A DNA stretch of 64,000 nucleotides, taken from a bacterium (GTDB lineage Bacteria > Patescibacteriota > Minisyncoccia > Minisyncoccales > JAZDGI01). The notes beneath the pieces are model-generated. The model saw nothing but the letters and a program-made list of their open reading frames with translations, did not search any database and had not been told where the DNA came from. Shown in pieces: positions 18,133 through 27,842 of the stretch (positions within the stretch are counted from its first letter, which is position 1; every line of letters begins with the position of its first letter). The stretch spans positions 1,607 through 65,606 of the forward strand of contig JAZDGI010000013.1 of assembly GCA_043807085.1 (NCBI GenBank), in the 5' to 3' direction. The position numbers and the translations under genes were made by a program.

Positions 18133-18537
18133 ATGTTAATGCCGAAAAAACAAAAGCACCGCAAGTGGATGAGAGGAACATCTAAGGGAGTGGACGCCAG
18201 AGCCACCGAGTTGGTTTTCGGCTCTTTCGGATTGAAAAGTCTGGCTACCAAATGGGTTTCCGCGAATCAAATTGAAGCCGGCCGAAGGGCTATTTTAAGA
18301 TATTTTAAAAAAGGGGGAAAGATGTGGATCAGGATTTTTCCGGATAAACCTGTTACGAAAAAGGGGGTGGAGGTTCCGATGGGCGGCGGCAAGGGCGGCG
18401 TTGACCATTATGTTTTCCCGGTAAAGCCAGGCCGTATTATTTTTGAAATTGAAGGGATAAAAGGCGATATGGCTAGAGAGGCGTTGCAAAAAGCCGCGGC
18501 TAAATTGCCGGTAAGAACTAAAATTATTTCAAGATAA
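18133..18537 (+). CDS. rplP: 50S ribosomal protein L16.
   Basis: 134 aa; position; L16 blocks. Confidence 0.9.
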   Translation: MLMPKKQKHRKWMRGTSKGVDARATELVFGSFGLKSLATKWVSANQIEAGRRAILRYFKKGGKMWIRIFPDKPVTKKGVEVPMGGGKGGVDHYVFPVKPGRIIFEIEGIKGDMAREALQKAAAKLPVRTKIISR

Positions 18538-18743
18538 TGGCGAAATTTCAAGAGCTAAAACAAAATAGCGAGTCAGATCTTGGCAAAATCCTTCAAGACA
18601 ACCGCGAAAAGTTGGGTCAGATGCGTTTTGATTTAGCAGCCGGCAAAGTAAAAAACGTTCGCGAGGTGCGGCAGATCAAAAAAGACATTGCGAGAATACT
18701 AACAATATTAAATTCATGGCAAAGAAACAATTACAAGGAATAG
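18537..18743 (+). CDS. rpmC: 50S ribosomal protein L29.
   Basis: 68 aa; position. Confidence 0.85.
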   Translation: MAKFQELKQNSESDLGKILQDNREKLGQMRFDLAAGKVKNVREVRQIKKDIARILTILNSWQRNNYKE

Positions 18744-18961
18744 TGGTTTCCGATAAAATGGCTAAAACCGTTGTGGTTGAAGTTGAGAGAAAAAAAGAAA
18801 ATCTTAAGTATAAAAGGAGATATAATACCCGCAAGAAGTATAAGGCTGACGATGAAAAAAAAGAATATAAAGTGGGGGATATAGTTGTGATTGAGGAGAC
18901 GAGGCCTATTAGCAGAGACAAGAAATGGAAAGTGGTTAAAAAAGTAACGGCCAACATATGA
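18716..18961 (+). CDS. rpsQ: 30S ribosomal protein S17.
   Basis: 81 aa; [20 protein letters not shown]. Confidence 0.9.
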   Translation: MAKKQLQGIVVSDKMAKTVVVEVERKKENLKYKRRYNTRKKYKADDEKKEYKVGDIVVIEETRPISRDKKWKVVKKVTANI

Positions 18962-19329
18962 TTCAGCTAAGAACAATGTTAAAAGTCGCCGATAACTCCG
19001 GAGCGAAAATTCTCCAGTGTTTTCATGTTATGGGCGGGTCCCGGAAAAGATATGCTAGGATTGGCGACGTTATCGTCGGAACCGTCAAGGAGGCGGAGCC
19101 GCGTCGGCTTGTTAAAAAGCACGATGTGGTAAGAGCGGTTATAATCCGCCAGAGAAAAGAATTTAAAAGACCAGACGGCTCTTTAATTCGTTTTGACGAT
19201 AATGCCTGCGTTATTCTTGAGGGGAAGACGACAGATCCAAAAGGCGGAAGAATTTTTGGGCCCGTGGCTAGAGAATTAAAAGAAAAAGGATTTGAAAAAG
19301 CGGCGGCCTTGGCCGAGGAGCTGGTATAA
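18958..19329 (+). CDS. rplN: 50S ribosomal protein L14.
   Basis: 123 aa; [17 protein letters not shown]. Confidence 0.95.
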   Translation: MIQLRTMLKVADNSGAKILQCFHVMGGSRKRYARIGDVIVGTVKEAEPRRLVKKHDVVRAVIIRQRKEFKRPDGSLIRFDDNACVILEGKTTDPKGGRIFGPVARELKEKGFEKAAALAEELV

Positions 19330-19335
19330 AATATT

Positions 19336-19641
19336 ATGCGAATCAAAAAAGGAGACACGGTTTTAATAATTTCCGGAAAAGATCGGACAAGAAAGGGTAA
19401 GATTTTGAAAGCTTTTCCCAAAGAAAAGAGGGTTTTGGTTGAGGGGATTAATTTGAGGAAAAAACACCAGCGTCCCAAAAAATCAGGTGAAAAGGGCCAG
19501 GTGATTGAGTTACCCGGAACTATTTCCGTTTCCAGCGTTAAATTGATTTGCGCCAAATGCGGCAAGGCCGTGAGAACCGGGTATAAAATTGAAAACAATA
19601 AAAAATATAGGGTTTGCAAGAAATGTAATTCCGAAATATAA
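19336..19641 (+). CDS. rplX: 50S ribosomal protein L24, a C4 zinc-binding variant.
   Basis: 101 aa; KOW motif GDTVLIISGKD; C-terminal CAKCGK...CKKC. Confidence 0.9.
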   Translation: MRIKKGDTVLIISGKDRTRKGKILKAFPKEKRVLVEGINLRKKHQRPKKSGEKGQVIELPGTISVSSVKLICAKCGKAVRTGYKIENNKKYRVCKKCNSEI

Positions 19642-19642
19642 T

Positions 19643-20200
19643 ATGCCGAGGTTAAAAGAAAAATATAAAAAAGAAGTAATTCCCGCTATGCGGGAGAAGT
19701 TCGGTTATGGCAACGATATGGCCGTTCCTAAGATTGAAAAGGTTGTGGTCAATACGGGATTCGGCCGGTTGGTTGCGGATAAGACCAAAGACGAACAAGC
19801 CAAGATTCACGATTCTATTTTGCAGGACCTCGCCGCTATCTGCGGCCAAAAGCCGATTTTGAGAAAATCAAAAAAGTCAATTGCCGCTTTCAAAACAAGG
19901 GAAGGCATGGAGATCGGAGCTTCTTGCACCTTGAGAAAAAAGCGAATGTATGATTTATTAGAGAGGTTAATTGATATCGCTCTTCCCAGAACCCGCGATT
20001 TTCAGGGTATTGACCAGAAAGCGGTTGACCGGCAGGGAAATTTGACAGTTGGCATCAAAGAACACAGCGTTTTTCCCGAAATTTTGCCGGAAAAAATGAA
20101 AGCGGTCTTCGGGCTGGAAATAACGGCGGTAACAAACGCCAAGAACGGTGAGGAAGGATTGGAATTATTCAAACTAATGGGATTTCCCATCAAAAAATAA
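19643..20200 (+). CDS. rplE: 50S ribosomal protein L5. The true start is MPRLKEKY; the ORF-track start at 19589 overlaps rplX.
   Basis: L5 blocks; position. Confidence 0.9.
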   Translation: MPRLKEKYKKEVIPAMREKFGYGNDMAVPKIEKVVVNTGFGRLVADKTKDEQAKIHDSILQDLAAICGQKPILRKSKKSIAAFKTREGMEIGASCTLRKKRMYDLLERLIDIALPRTRDFQGIDQKAVDRQGNLTVGIKEHSVFPEILPEKMKAVFGLEITAVTNAKNGEEGLELFKLMGFPIKK

Positions 20201-20386
20201 ATGGCGACGAAAGCTCAAATTGCCAAATCAAAAAGAAAACCAAAATTCACCGTAAGAATATCGCGGCGCTGTTTCCGTTGCGGGAGAAAGAGGGGCTATA
20301 TGAGAAAGTTCGGGCTTTGCCGTATTTGCTTCAGGGAAATGGCGAATCAAGGCTTGATTCCCGGGGTTAAAAAATCAAGCTGGTGA
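20201..20386 (+). CDS. rpsN: 30S ribosomal protein S14, type Z (zinc).
   Basis: 61 aa; [23 protein letters not shown]. Confidence 0.95.
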   Translation: MATKAQIAKSKRKPKFTVRISRRCFRCGRKRGYMRKFGLCRICFREMANQGLIPGVKKSSW

Positions 20387-20399
20387 TTTAAACTCAAAT

Positions 20400-20822
20400 A
20401 TGCATCCAATTTCAGATATGTTAATAAAAATAAAAAACGCTCAAGCCGTTTGGCATCCAACGGTTGATATTGCTTTCTCTAAGATAAAATACGAAATCGC
20501 GAGCATTTTAGAGAGAGAGGGATTTATTGGAAAGGTTGAGAAGAAAAAAAAGAAGATAGACCGTTATGGAAAAATAAAGCCCGTGATTGAGATCGTTTTA
20601 AAATATTTACCGTCTGATCAGGACAGGAGAGGGTTGCCTGGCATTTCCGGGATTAAGATTGTTTCCAAGCCCGGCCAGAGAATTTATCTTCCTTATTCTA
20701 AAATAAGGAAAATAAAAAGCGGCTACGGAATGTCCGTCATATCTACTTCCAAGGGATTGATGTCGGATAAAGAAGCCAGAAATAAAAAAACAGGAGGAGA
20801 AGTCATCTGTGAAATTTGGTAA
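20400..20822 (+). CDS. rpsH: 30S ribosomal protein S8.
   Basis: 140 aa; SDMLIKIKNA; position. Confidence 0.9.
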   Translation: MHPISDMLIKIKNAQAVWHPTVDIAFSKIKYEIASILEREGFIGKVEKKKKKIDRYGKIKPVIEIVLKYLPSDQDRRGLPGISGIKIVSKPGQRIYLPYSKIRKIKSGYGMSVISTSKGLMSDKEARNKKTGGEVICEIW

Positions 20823-20826
20823 TCAT

Positions 20827-21372
20827 ATGTCTAGAATCGGTAAAAAGCCAATAGAAATATCCGAAGGAATTGAAGTTAAGGTGGATGAGCAGAAGGTTTT
20901 TGTCAAAGGTCCGAAGGGCGAAATTTCAAGAGAATTTCGACCCGAGTTTAAGATTTCGGCGCAGGGAAATAAAATTTTAGTTGAGCCTTTATCGGAAAAA
21001 AAAGGCGTTAAAGCCCTCTGGGGGACAACAAGAGCTATTTTAGCCAATATGGTAAAAGGAGTTCAGTCAGGATTTGAAAAGAAGCTGGAAATAGAGGGTT
21101 TGGGATTCAAGGCTATTATTGTGGGGCAAGACTTGGAATTGTCTTTGGGATTTAGCCATCCGGTCAAAATAAAAGCGTTAGATGGCGTGAAATTTTCAGT
21201 TGAAAAAAATATAATAACTGTTTCTGGCATTGACATTGAAAAGGTTTCAAAAATCGCCGCCTTAATTAAGCGGGCCAGACCGCCAGAACCTTACAAGGGG
21301 AAAGGAATCAGGTATCAAGGCGAGTTTGTCAGGAGAAAGGAGGGCAAAAAAGCCACGGCCGCCGCAAAATAA
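20827..21372 (+). CDS. rplF: 50S ribosomal protein L6. Start chosen at MSRIGKKPI.
   Basis: Position; L6 blocks. Confidence 0.9.
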   Translation: MSRIGKKPIEISEGIEVKVDEQKVFVKGPKGEISREFRPEFKISAQGNKILVEPLSEKKGVKALWGTTRAILANMVKGVQSGFEKKLEIEGLGFKAIIVGQDLELSLGFSHPVKIKALDGVKFSVEKNIITVSGIDIEKVSKIAALIKRARPPEPYKGKGIRYQGEFVRRKEGKKATAAAK

Positions 21373-21382
21373 CATTTTTGAA

Positions 21383-21745
21383 ATGACAAATATTAAACTA
21401 AAACTTAAGAAAAAAAACCGCCGCCGGAGCAGGGTGATGGCGAAAATTTTCGGGACAGAGCAGGTGCCTCGGCTTTCTGTTTTCAGGTCTAACAGGCATA
21501 TTTACTGGCAACTGGTTGACGATAGCAAGAAAAAGATAATATTGTCAGCTGGCGACTTTAAGGGCAGTAAGCTTAAGAAAAAAATGACAAAAACGGCCTC
21601 TGCTTACGAAACGGGTAAGTTGATTGCTCAAAAGGCCAAAGATTTAAAAATTGAGAAAATTGTTTTTAGTCGTGGCGGTTATAAATACCACGGCCGCATA
21701 AAAGCTCTGGCTGAAGGGGCGAGAGAAGGAGGGCTTAAATTTTAA
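21383..21745 (+). CDS. rplR: 50S ribosomal protein L18. Start chosen at MTNIKLK, after the rplF stop.
   Basis: RLSVFRSNRHIYWQLVDD; position. Confidence 0.85.
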   Translation: MTNIKLKLKKKNRRRSRVMAKIFGTEQVPRLSVFRSNRHIYWQLVDDSKKKIILSAGDFKGSKLKKKMTKTASAYETGKLIAQKAKDLKIEKIVFSRGGYKYHGRIKALAEGAREGGLKF

Positions 21746-21762
21746 ATTTCTAATTTCTAATT

Positions 21763-22266
21763 ATGGTATACGTTAAAAGGTCAAGGTTCGGAGAAAGGCC
21801 AAGGGACGAATTTGAAACCAAGCTTTTGGATTTAGCCAGGGTGTCTCATACGAGGGCCGGCGGCAAAAAATTAAGATTCAGAGCTGTTATTGTGGCCGGC
21901 AATAAGGCGGGAAAAATCGGCGTTGGTTCGGCTTCCGGATTGGATGTCGCCCAGGCGGTGGAAAAAGCCACTTTTCAGGCGAAGAAAAACGTTATTATCG
22001 TGCCGATTATTGAAGAAACCATCCCTTATGAAGTCAAAGAAAAGTTTAGTTCAGCTAGAGTGCTTTTGAGGCCCCAGAAAAAAGGCCGCGGCTTGATTGC
22101 TGGCGGAACAGTCAGGATTATGTGCCAGCTGGCCGGCATTAAAAATATCTCGTCAAAAATTTTAGGCCGGACGGGAAATAAATTGAACAATGCTAAGGCG
22201 ACCATAAGAGCGTTTAAAAAATTAAGAATAAAACATGCAGCTTCATCAAATCAGACCAATCCATAA
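21763..22266 (+). CDS. rpsE: 30S ribosomal protein S5.
   Basis: 167 aa; S5 dsRBD and C-terminal domain. Confidence 0.9.
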   Translation: MVYVKRSRFGERPRDEFETKLLDLARVSHTRAGGKKLRFRAVIVAGNKAGKIGVGSASGLDVAQAVEKATFQAKKNVIIVPIIEETIPYEVKEKFSSARVLLRPQKKGRGLIAGGTVRIMCQLAGIKNISSKILGRTGNKLNNAKATIRAFKKLRIKHAASSNQTNP

Positions 22267-22657
22267 ACCGAAAAGAAAAAAAAGAATAGGCCGCGGCGGA
22301 AAACACGGGTTTACTTCGGGTTCGGGTTCCAAGGGCCAAAAATCAAGAGCTGGCCGCAAATTTCAGCCCTTAATCAGGCAGATAATTAAGAGATACCCGA
22401 AACTAAGAGGTCATAATCAGGAGGTCAGACTGCCAGCCGGAGTAGCGTTAATAAATCTTAATGATTTGGAGAAAAATTTCGCTTCCCATGAAAAAGTAAG
22501 TCCTGCGGCCTTGCTGAAAAAAAGATTAATCAATAAAATAAAAGGAAAGGCACCAAAAGTGAAAATTTTGGGCAGCGGAGCGATAACCAAAAAATTGATT
22601 ATTGAAGACTGCGAAATGTCAAAATCCGCGGAAAAGAAAATCAAAGCCGCTTTATGA
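22235..22657 (+). CDS. rplO: 50S ribosomal protein L15. It follows rpsE directly, with no rpmD (L30) between them.
   Basis: 140 aa; KRKKRIGRGGKHG. Confidence 0.9.
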   Translation: MQLHQIRPIHKPKRKKRIGRGGKHGFTSGSGSKGQKSRAGRKFQPLIRQIIKRYPKLRGHNQEVRLPAGVALINLNDLEKNFASHEKVSPAALLKKRLINKIKGKAPKVKILGSGAITKKLIIEDCEMSKSAEKKIKAAL

Positions 22658-23949
22658 ATTGGTTCCAAAAAATAATTCAAATTTTTAAGTTAAAAGACCT
22701 AAGGAACAAAATACTTTTTATTTTGGCGATTTTCGTTGTTTTTAGACTAATGGCCACCATCCCCATTCCCGGAGTGGACGTGGAGAATTTAAAAAACTTT
22801 TTTGGGCAATATCAGGCTTTTGGCTTATTAAACGCCTTTACCGGAGGAGCCTTAGACAAGGTTTCAATTATTATGCTGGGATTAGGCCCTTACATTACCT
22901 CCACCATTATTTTACAGCTTTTGACAATGATTTTTCCCCAAATGGAAAGAATGTACAAAGAAGAGGGGGAGCAGGGCAGGCAGAAGTTTAATCAGTATGG
23001 CAGAATTATTACCGTGCCCTTGGCAATGCTTCAGGGCTACGGCATGCTTTCTTTACTGCAGAGCGGAAGCAGTCCGGTTTTGGGGCATCTTTCGCCGATT
23101 ATGCTTTTAACTTCTATACTAACTATAGCCGCAGGCAGTCTTTTTTTAATGTGGCTGGGAGAATTAATTTCAGAGAAGGGGATTGGCAATGGAGTTTCTC
23201 TCTTAATTTTCGCTGGCATTATCGCCGATTTCCCTAACAATATCCAGCAATTGATTCTGCAGATCCAAACCGGAGGAGCGAGTCAGGTTTTCAACGCCGT
23301 CATCTTTTTTATGATGGCTTTGGGTATGATTGCGGCCGTGGTCTTAATCAACGAAGCTAGACGCAACATTCCGGTTTCCTATGCCAAAAGAGTCAGAGGA
23401 ACGAAGCTTTACGGAGGTTCATCCACTTATTTGCCGTTGAATATAAATCCGGCCGGCGTCATACCTATAATTTTTGCTTTGTCAGTTCTGATTTTCCCGT
23501 CAATGATCTCTAATTTTTTGGGTGGAATGGCTGGAAATGTCGGGCAATTTGCCAAAGCCGCCGCTTTATTTTTTCAAAATTCGTGGGTCTACGGCATCTC
23601 TTATTTTATTTTAGTCTGCGCTTTTACTTATTTTTACACGGCAGTTACCTTTGACCCGAAAGCGATTTCTACGAATTTACAGAAAATGGGCGGGTTTGTC
23701 CCGGGTATTAGGCCGGGGGCGTCAACCGCCAGCTTTCTTTATTATATTTTAAATCGCGTCCTGCTTATCGGAGCTATTTCCTTGGGCTTGATCGCTGTTA
23801 TGCCTTCCATTGTCGGCGGAATTACCGGAGTTCAGGTTTTTAGTTTTCTTATTGGCGGAACATCTCTTTTAATCGTGGTTTCCGTGGTCCTGGAAACCCT
23901 TCGTCAGGTAAGGGCGCAGCTTCAAATGCATGAATACGAATCTTTCTAA
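22654..23949 (+). CDS. secY: Preprotein translocase SecY.
   Basis: 431 aa; 10 transmembrane segments; position. Confidence 0.95.
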   Translation: MNWFQKIIQIFKLKDLRNKILFILAIFVVFRLMATIPIPGVDVENLKNFFGQYQAFGLLNAFTGGALDKVSIIMLGLGPYITSTIILQLLTMIFPQMERMYKEEGEQGRQKFNQYGRIITVPLAMLQGYGMLSLLQSGSSPVLGHLSPIMLLTSILTIAAGSLFLMWLGELISEKGIGNGVSLLIFAGIIADFPNNIQQLILQIQTGGASQVFNAVIFFMMALGMIAAVVLINEARRNIPVSYAKRVRGTKLYGGSSTYLPLNINPAGVIPIIFALSVLIFPSMISNFLGGMAGNVGQFAKAAALFFQNSWVYGISYFILVCAFTYFYTAVTFDPKAISTNLQKMGGFVPGIRPGASTASFLYYILNRVLLIGAISLGLIAVMPSIVGGITGVQVFSFLIGGTSLLIVVSVVLETLRQVRAQLQMHEYESF

Positions 23950-24661
23950 TAATCAAAATTCCGCGAATAAAATTAGCTATCAGGCAATTATTTTTTTGGG
24001 TCCGCCTGGTTCGGGCAAAGGAACGCAGGCCGATCTTTTGGCTAAAAGGCTGGATTTTTATCATCTTGAAACCAGCGAGCTTATTGAGAAAAAATTATCC
24101 GGCATTAAAAGCGGCGCTTTTGAAATCGTTGACGGACAAAAATATTTTTTAGAGGAAGAAAAGCGGCTGCGGGAATCTGGCGAAATAATGAGCCCTTATT
24201 TGATTGCTTCTTGGGTGAAGAACAAAGTCCGGAGATTGGCCAACGACGGGGAAGGCGTGATTTTTTCCGGTTCGCCGCGAACGCTTCAAGAAGCTCAAGA
24301 AGTTATTCCTCTTTTGAAAGAGCTGTACGGCCGGAATAAAATTATCATAATTTCAGTCAAGCAAAATTTGGAAGTTTCCCTTCATAGAAACAGCAAAAGA
24401 AGAACTTGCTCCCTAATGCGCCACCCCATTTTGTTTAACGAAGAAACAGCCGGCCTGACGATTTGTCCTTTGGACGGTTCAGCGCTGGTGGCCAGAAAAG
24501 ACGATGACCCGGAAATAATCAAAGCCAGGCTGAAAAAATATAAAGAAAGAACTCTTCCGGTGATTAACTATCTGAAAACCCAGGACCTGATAATGAAAGA
24601 AGTGGATGGCGAAAGAAATGTGTCTGAAGTTTTCAACGATATTATCGCGAAAATAGGTTAA
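23930..24661 (+). CDS. Divergent adenylate-kinase-family NMP kinase.
   Basis: LGPPGSGKGTQA P-loop; FSGSPRTLQEAQ; lid RRTC...ICPLDG...RKDDD. Confidence 0.65.
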   Translation: MNTNLSNNQNSANKISYQAIIFLGPPGSGKGTQADLLAKRLDFYHLETSELIEKKLSGIKSGAFEIVDGQKYFLEEEKRLRESGEIMSPYLIASWVKNKVRRLANDGEGVIFSGSPRTLQEAQEVIPLLKELYGRNKIIIISVKQNLEVSLHRNSKRRTCSLMRHPILFNEETAGLTICPLDGSALVARKDDDPEIIKARLKKYKERTLPVINYLKTQDLIMKEVDGERNVSEVFNDIIAKIG

Positions 24662-24671
24662 TTTTAATCCG

Positions 24672-25349
24672 GTGAAAAATTCAAACCCTTTAATAATTAT
24701 TCTTTTGGGATATTCGGGCTCGGGAAAGGGAACGCAGGCCGAGTTTTTGCGGAAAGAATTTAACTTGGACTATATGGACAGCGGCACCCTGTTGAGAGAG
24801 AGAAAGAAAAAGAATGATTTTACGGGGAGGCAAATCGCCAAAGTTATAGACGCGGGAGGACTGCTTCCCACGCCTATTATTTTTAAGCTGTGGCTTGATA
24901 AATTTGAAGAGCTGAAAAAGGATAAAGATTTTAAGGGTTTCATAACGGGTGGCAGTCCGCGAAAAATTATGGAAGCTCGTTTGATTGACGAGGCTCTGGA
25001 ATGGTACGGCTGGAATAAAAAAGTGAAGATTTTTTTAATTAAGGTTTCTCCCGAAGAAGTAATAACGCGGCTGGCCAAAAGAAGGGTTTGTCAAAAGTGC
25101 GGCAAGATTTTTGTTTTTGCTTCGCCAGCCGATAAAATAAAAGAATGTCCTGTCTGCGCCGGCAAAATCATAAAAAGGAAAGACGACAGCGAAAGCGGCG
25201 TAAAAAAGAGATTGGTCTGGTTTAAAACCGAAGTGGGGCAGGTTATTGATTATTATCGCGGAGCCGGCCGTCTGACAGAGATTGATGGCGAGCAAAGCAT
25301 CGAGGAAGTTTTCAAAGATATTTTTAAAAAAATAAATGGTGGAAATTAA
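24672..25349 (+). CDS. adk: Adenylate kinase, canonical Zn-lid type.
   Basis: LLGYSGSGKGTQAE; lid CQKCG...CPVCAG; 225 aa. Confidence 0.85.
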   Translation: MKNSNPLIIILLGYSGSGKGTQAEFLRKEFNLDYMDSGTLLRERKKKNDFTGRQIAKVIDAGGLLPTPIIFKLWLDKFEELKKDKDFKGFITGGSPRKIMEARLIDEALEWYGWNKKVKIFLIKVSPEEVITRLAKRRVCQKCGKIFVFASPADKIKECPVCAGKIIKRKDDSESGVKKRLVWFKTEVGQVIDYYRGAGRLTEIDGEQSIEEVFKDIFKKINGGN

Positions 25350-26085
25350 GACGCCCGAAGAAATTAAAATAATGGCTGAAGGCGGCAAGCTTCTGGCCGT
25401 TATTTTGAATAAGCTGGAAAAAGCGGTTCGGCCCGGAATCGCGACCAAAGAGCTGGATGGACTAGCCGAAAAATTGATTTTAAATTCCGGCGGTCAGTGC
25501 TCGTTTAAGGGCTACCAGGGGTATCCTTCCTGTCTCTGCACGTCGGTGAACGAGGAGATTGTTCATGCTGTGCCTTCAGAGAGGGTTTTAAAAGATGGTG
25601 ATATTATTTCTCTTGATCTGGGAGTTTTATATAAAGGATTCCATACTGATATGGCTATTACGGTGCCTGTGGGCAAGGTCAAGTCGGAAGTCAAAAAACT
25701 CGTTGAGGTCACAAAAAAGTCTTTGGCGATTGGGATAAAAGAAGTTAGGCCGGGAAATCATTTGGGCGATATTGGCTGGGCTATTCAAAAATACGTAGAG
25801 TCGCAAAAATTTAATGTCATCCGCGATTTGTGCGGCCACGGCATCGGTAGGGAACTGCACGAAGATCCGCAAATTTTGAATTATGGGAAAAGAGGGACAG
25901 GTCCCGAGCTTAAAGACGGAATGGTTTTATGTTTGGAGCCGATGATTACAGCTGGAAATTGGAGAATAAAAAAAAGCGCAGACGGCTTTAGCTATATAAC
26001 TCAAGACAATTCTCTTTCCTGTCACTTTGAGCACACCACCGCCGTTACTAAAACCGGCCCCGAAATCTTGACAGAGTTAGTATAA
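25336..26085 (+). CDS. map: Methionine aminopeptidase type I.
   Basis: 249 aa; metal ligand blocks; position after adk. Confidence 0.9.
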   Translation: MVEIKTPEEIKIMAEGGKLLAVILNKLEKAVRPGIATKELDGLAEKLILNSGGQCSFKGYQGYPSCLCTSVNEEIVHAVPSERVLKDGDIISLDLGVLYKGFHTDMAITVPVGKVKSEVKKLVEVTKKSLAIGIKEVRPGNHLGDIGWAIQKYVESQKFNVIRDLCGHGIGRELHEDPQILNYGKRGTGPELKDGMVLCLEPMITAGNWRIKKSADGFSYITQDNSLSCHFEHTTAVTKTGPEILTELV

Positions 26086-26097
26086 GAGGTAAGGACG

Positions 26098-26130
26098 TTT
26101 TGGCGGTTAGACAATCCGCCTTTTTTTTGT
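26098..26130 (+). terminator. Rho-independent terminator (GGCGG-ttagacaat-CCGCC-TTTTTTTT) after map.
   Basis: Seen directly in the sequence. Confidence 0.75.
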
Positions 26131-26158
26131 TTGGCCTGTATTATGTTATAATAATTTA

Positions 26159-26881
26159 ATGTACTTATCTATTATTATTCCGGCGTATAATGAGGAAAAA
26201 CGGCTACCCAAGACCTTGGCGGAAATTGACAGATATTTATCAAAGCAATCTTACGATTACGAGATTTTGGCGGTTGATAACGGCTCAACCGATAAAACTT
26301 CAGAAATTGTCAGAGGATTAGTCAGTCAGATTAAAGGATTAAAATTGCTTGAAGGTTCAGTCGGGAAAGGGAAGGGCTACGCCGTTAAAAAAGGCATGCT
26401 GGAAGCCAGTGGCGATTTTAGGATTTTTACCGATGCCGATAACTCCACGGCCATTAACCAGATTAAAAAAATGTGGCCGGAATTCCAAGCGGGTTTTGAT
26501 ATTGTTATTGGTTCAAGAGACGTTAGGGGGGCAGTTTTAGATCCGCCCCAGCCCTTTTTAAGGAATATTATTTTGGGAGAAGGATTCAAGTTGTTTAGAA
26601 AAATAGTTATCGGTCTTTGGGATTTGGAAGATACCCAATGCGGCTTTAAGGGATTTACCAAAAGGGCGGCTGAATCAATTTTTCCCAAGGCGATAATTTC
26701 TCATTTTGCTTTTGATCCGGAAATTTTGGTTATCGGAAAGAGAGCCGGCTTTAAAATCAAAGAGATTCCGATCTCGTGGAAAAACGATCTGGAAAGCAAA
26801 GTAAAATTCGGGTCAATAATAAAAATGGCCGCTGATTTAATAAAAATAAGGCTAAACTTAATCAGAGGGATTTATGGCTAA
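26159..26881 (+). CDS. Family 2 glycosyltransferase (dolichol-phosphate mannosyltransferase-like).
   Basis: SIIIPAYNEE, AVDNGSTD and FTDADN (DxD) motifs. Confidence 0.75.
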   Translation: MYLSIIIPAYNEEKRLPKTLAEIDRYLSKQSYDYEILAVDNGSTDKTSEIVRGLVSQIKGLKLLEGSVGKGKGYAVKKGMLEASGDFRIFTDADNSTAINQIKKMWPEFQAGFDIVIGSRDVRGAVLDPPQPFLRNIILGEGFKLFRKIVIGLWDLEDTQCGFKGFTKRAAESIFPKAIISHFAFDPEILVIGKRAGFKIKEIPISWKNDLESKVKFGSIIKMAADLIKIRLNLIRGIYG

Positions 26882-27842
26882 GAAGACAAAAATAAAATTT
26901 CCGTCAGAATTGAGGCTTGATCTTATCTCCAGGGATTGGGTGGTTATCGCCACTGGCCGCGGCCGCCGGCCGGAAATGTTTAAAAAAGAAAAGAGAAGCG
27001 GTCAGGAGGCGGCAAAAAAAGACTGTCCGTTTTGCCGTCTTGAGAAGAAAAGAGTTTTTGTCGTGCCCAATAAATATCCCGCTTTTTTGCCGTCAAAAAC
27101 GCTGGGAAAAAAAGTTGAGGGAGGTATTTATCAGACAATGAATGCTGTCGGCTTTTGCGAGCTGGTCGTGACCCGAGACCATAAAAAATCTTTAGCTCTT
27201 TTGCCTCAAGGCGACGTTGAAGAGGTTATCGGTGTTTATCAGGAAAGATACCTGGAATTGATGGAAAAACCCCACGTTAATTATGTTTCAATCTTTCATA
27301 ACCACGGAGCTGAAGCAGGAGCGAGTCAACCCCATCCTCACTCTCAGATTATTACCACGCCCTTGGTAGACGCCGATTTAAAAAACGCTCTTTTGAATTC
27401 GGAAAAATATTTTAGGGAAAATAAAAAATGCGTCTATTGCCAAATGATAGAATGGGAAAAAGCGATAAAGAGAAGAATTATTTTTGAAAATGAGGATTTT
27501 TTGGCTATTTGCCCCTTTGCTTCCAAAGCGGCTTTTGAGATTATCGTTTCTCCAAAGAACCACCTTCCTTATTTTGAGAGAATAAACGAAAAAGAAAAAA
27601 AACAATTGGCTGAAGCCTTGAGAATAAGCCTGCGCAAGCTTTACAAAGGGGTCGGCGATCCTGCTTACAATTTTTATTTGCACACGGCTCCCTGCGATGG
27701 AAAAGATTATTCTTATTATCATTGGCATTGGACAATTTTGCCCAAGACAGCGACCTGGGCCGGCTTTGAGCTTGGCGCCAAAATGGAAATTTCCGCAATT
27801 GCGCCCGAAAAAGCCGCCGAATATTTGAAAAAACAAAAATGA
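26874..27842 (+). CDS. galT: Galactose-1-phosphate uridylyltransferase-like (GalT / HIT superfamily branch).
   Basis: CPFC zinc motif; HPHSQ active-site pentapeptide; 322 aa. Confidence 0.65.
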   Translation: MAKKTKIKFPSELRLDLISRDWVVIATGRGRRPEMFKKEKRSGQEAAKKDCPFCRLEKKRVFVVPNKYPAFLPSKTLGKKVEGGIYQTMNAVGFCELVVTRDHKKSLALLPQGDVEEVIGVYQERYLELMEKPHVNYVSIFHNHGAEAGASQPHPHSQIITTPLVDADLKNALLNSEKYFRENKKCVYCQMIEWEKAIKRRIIFENEDFLAICPFASKAAFEIIVSPKNHLPYFERINEKEKKQLAEALRISLRKLYKGVGDPAYNFYLHTAPCDGKDYSYYHWHWTILPKTATWAGFELGAKMEISAIAPEKAAEYLKKQK

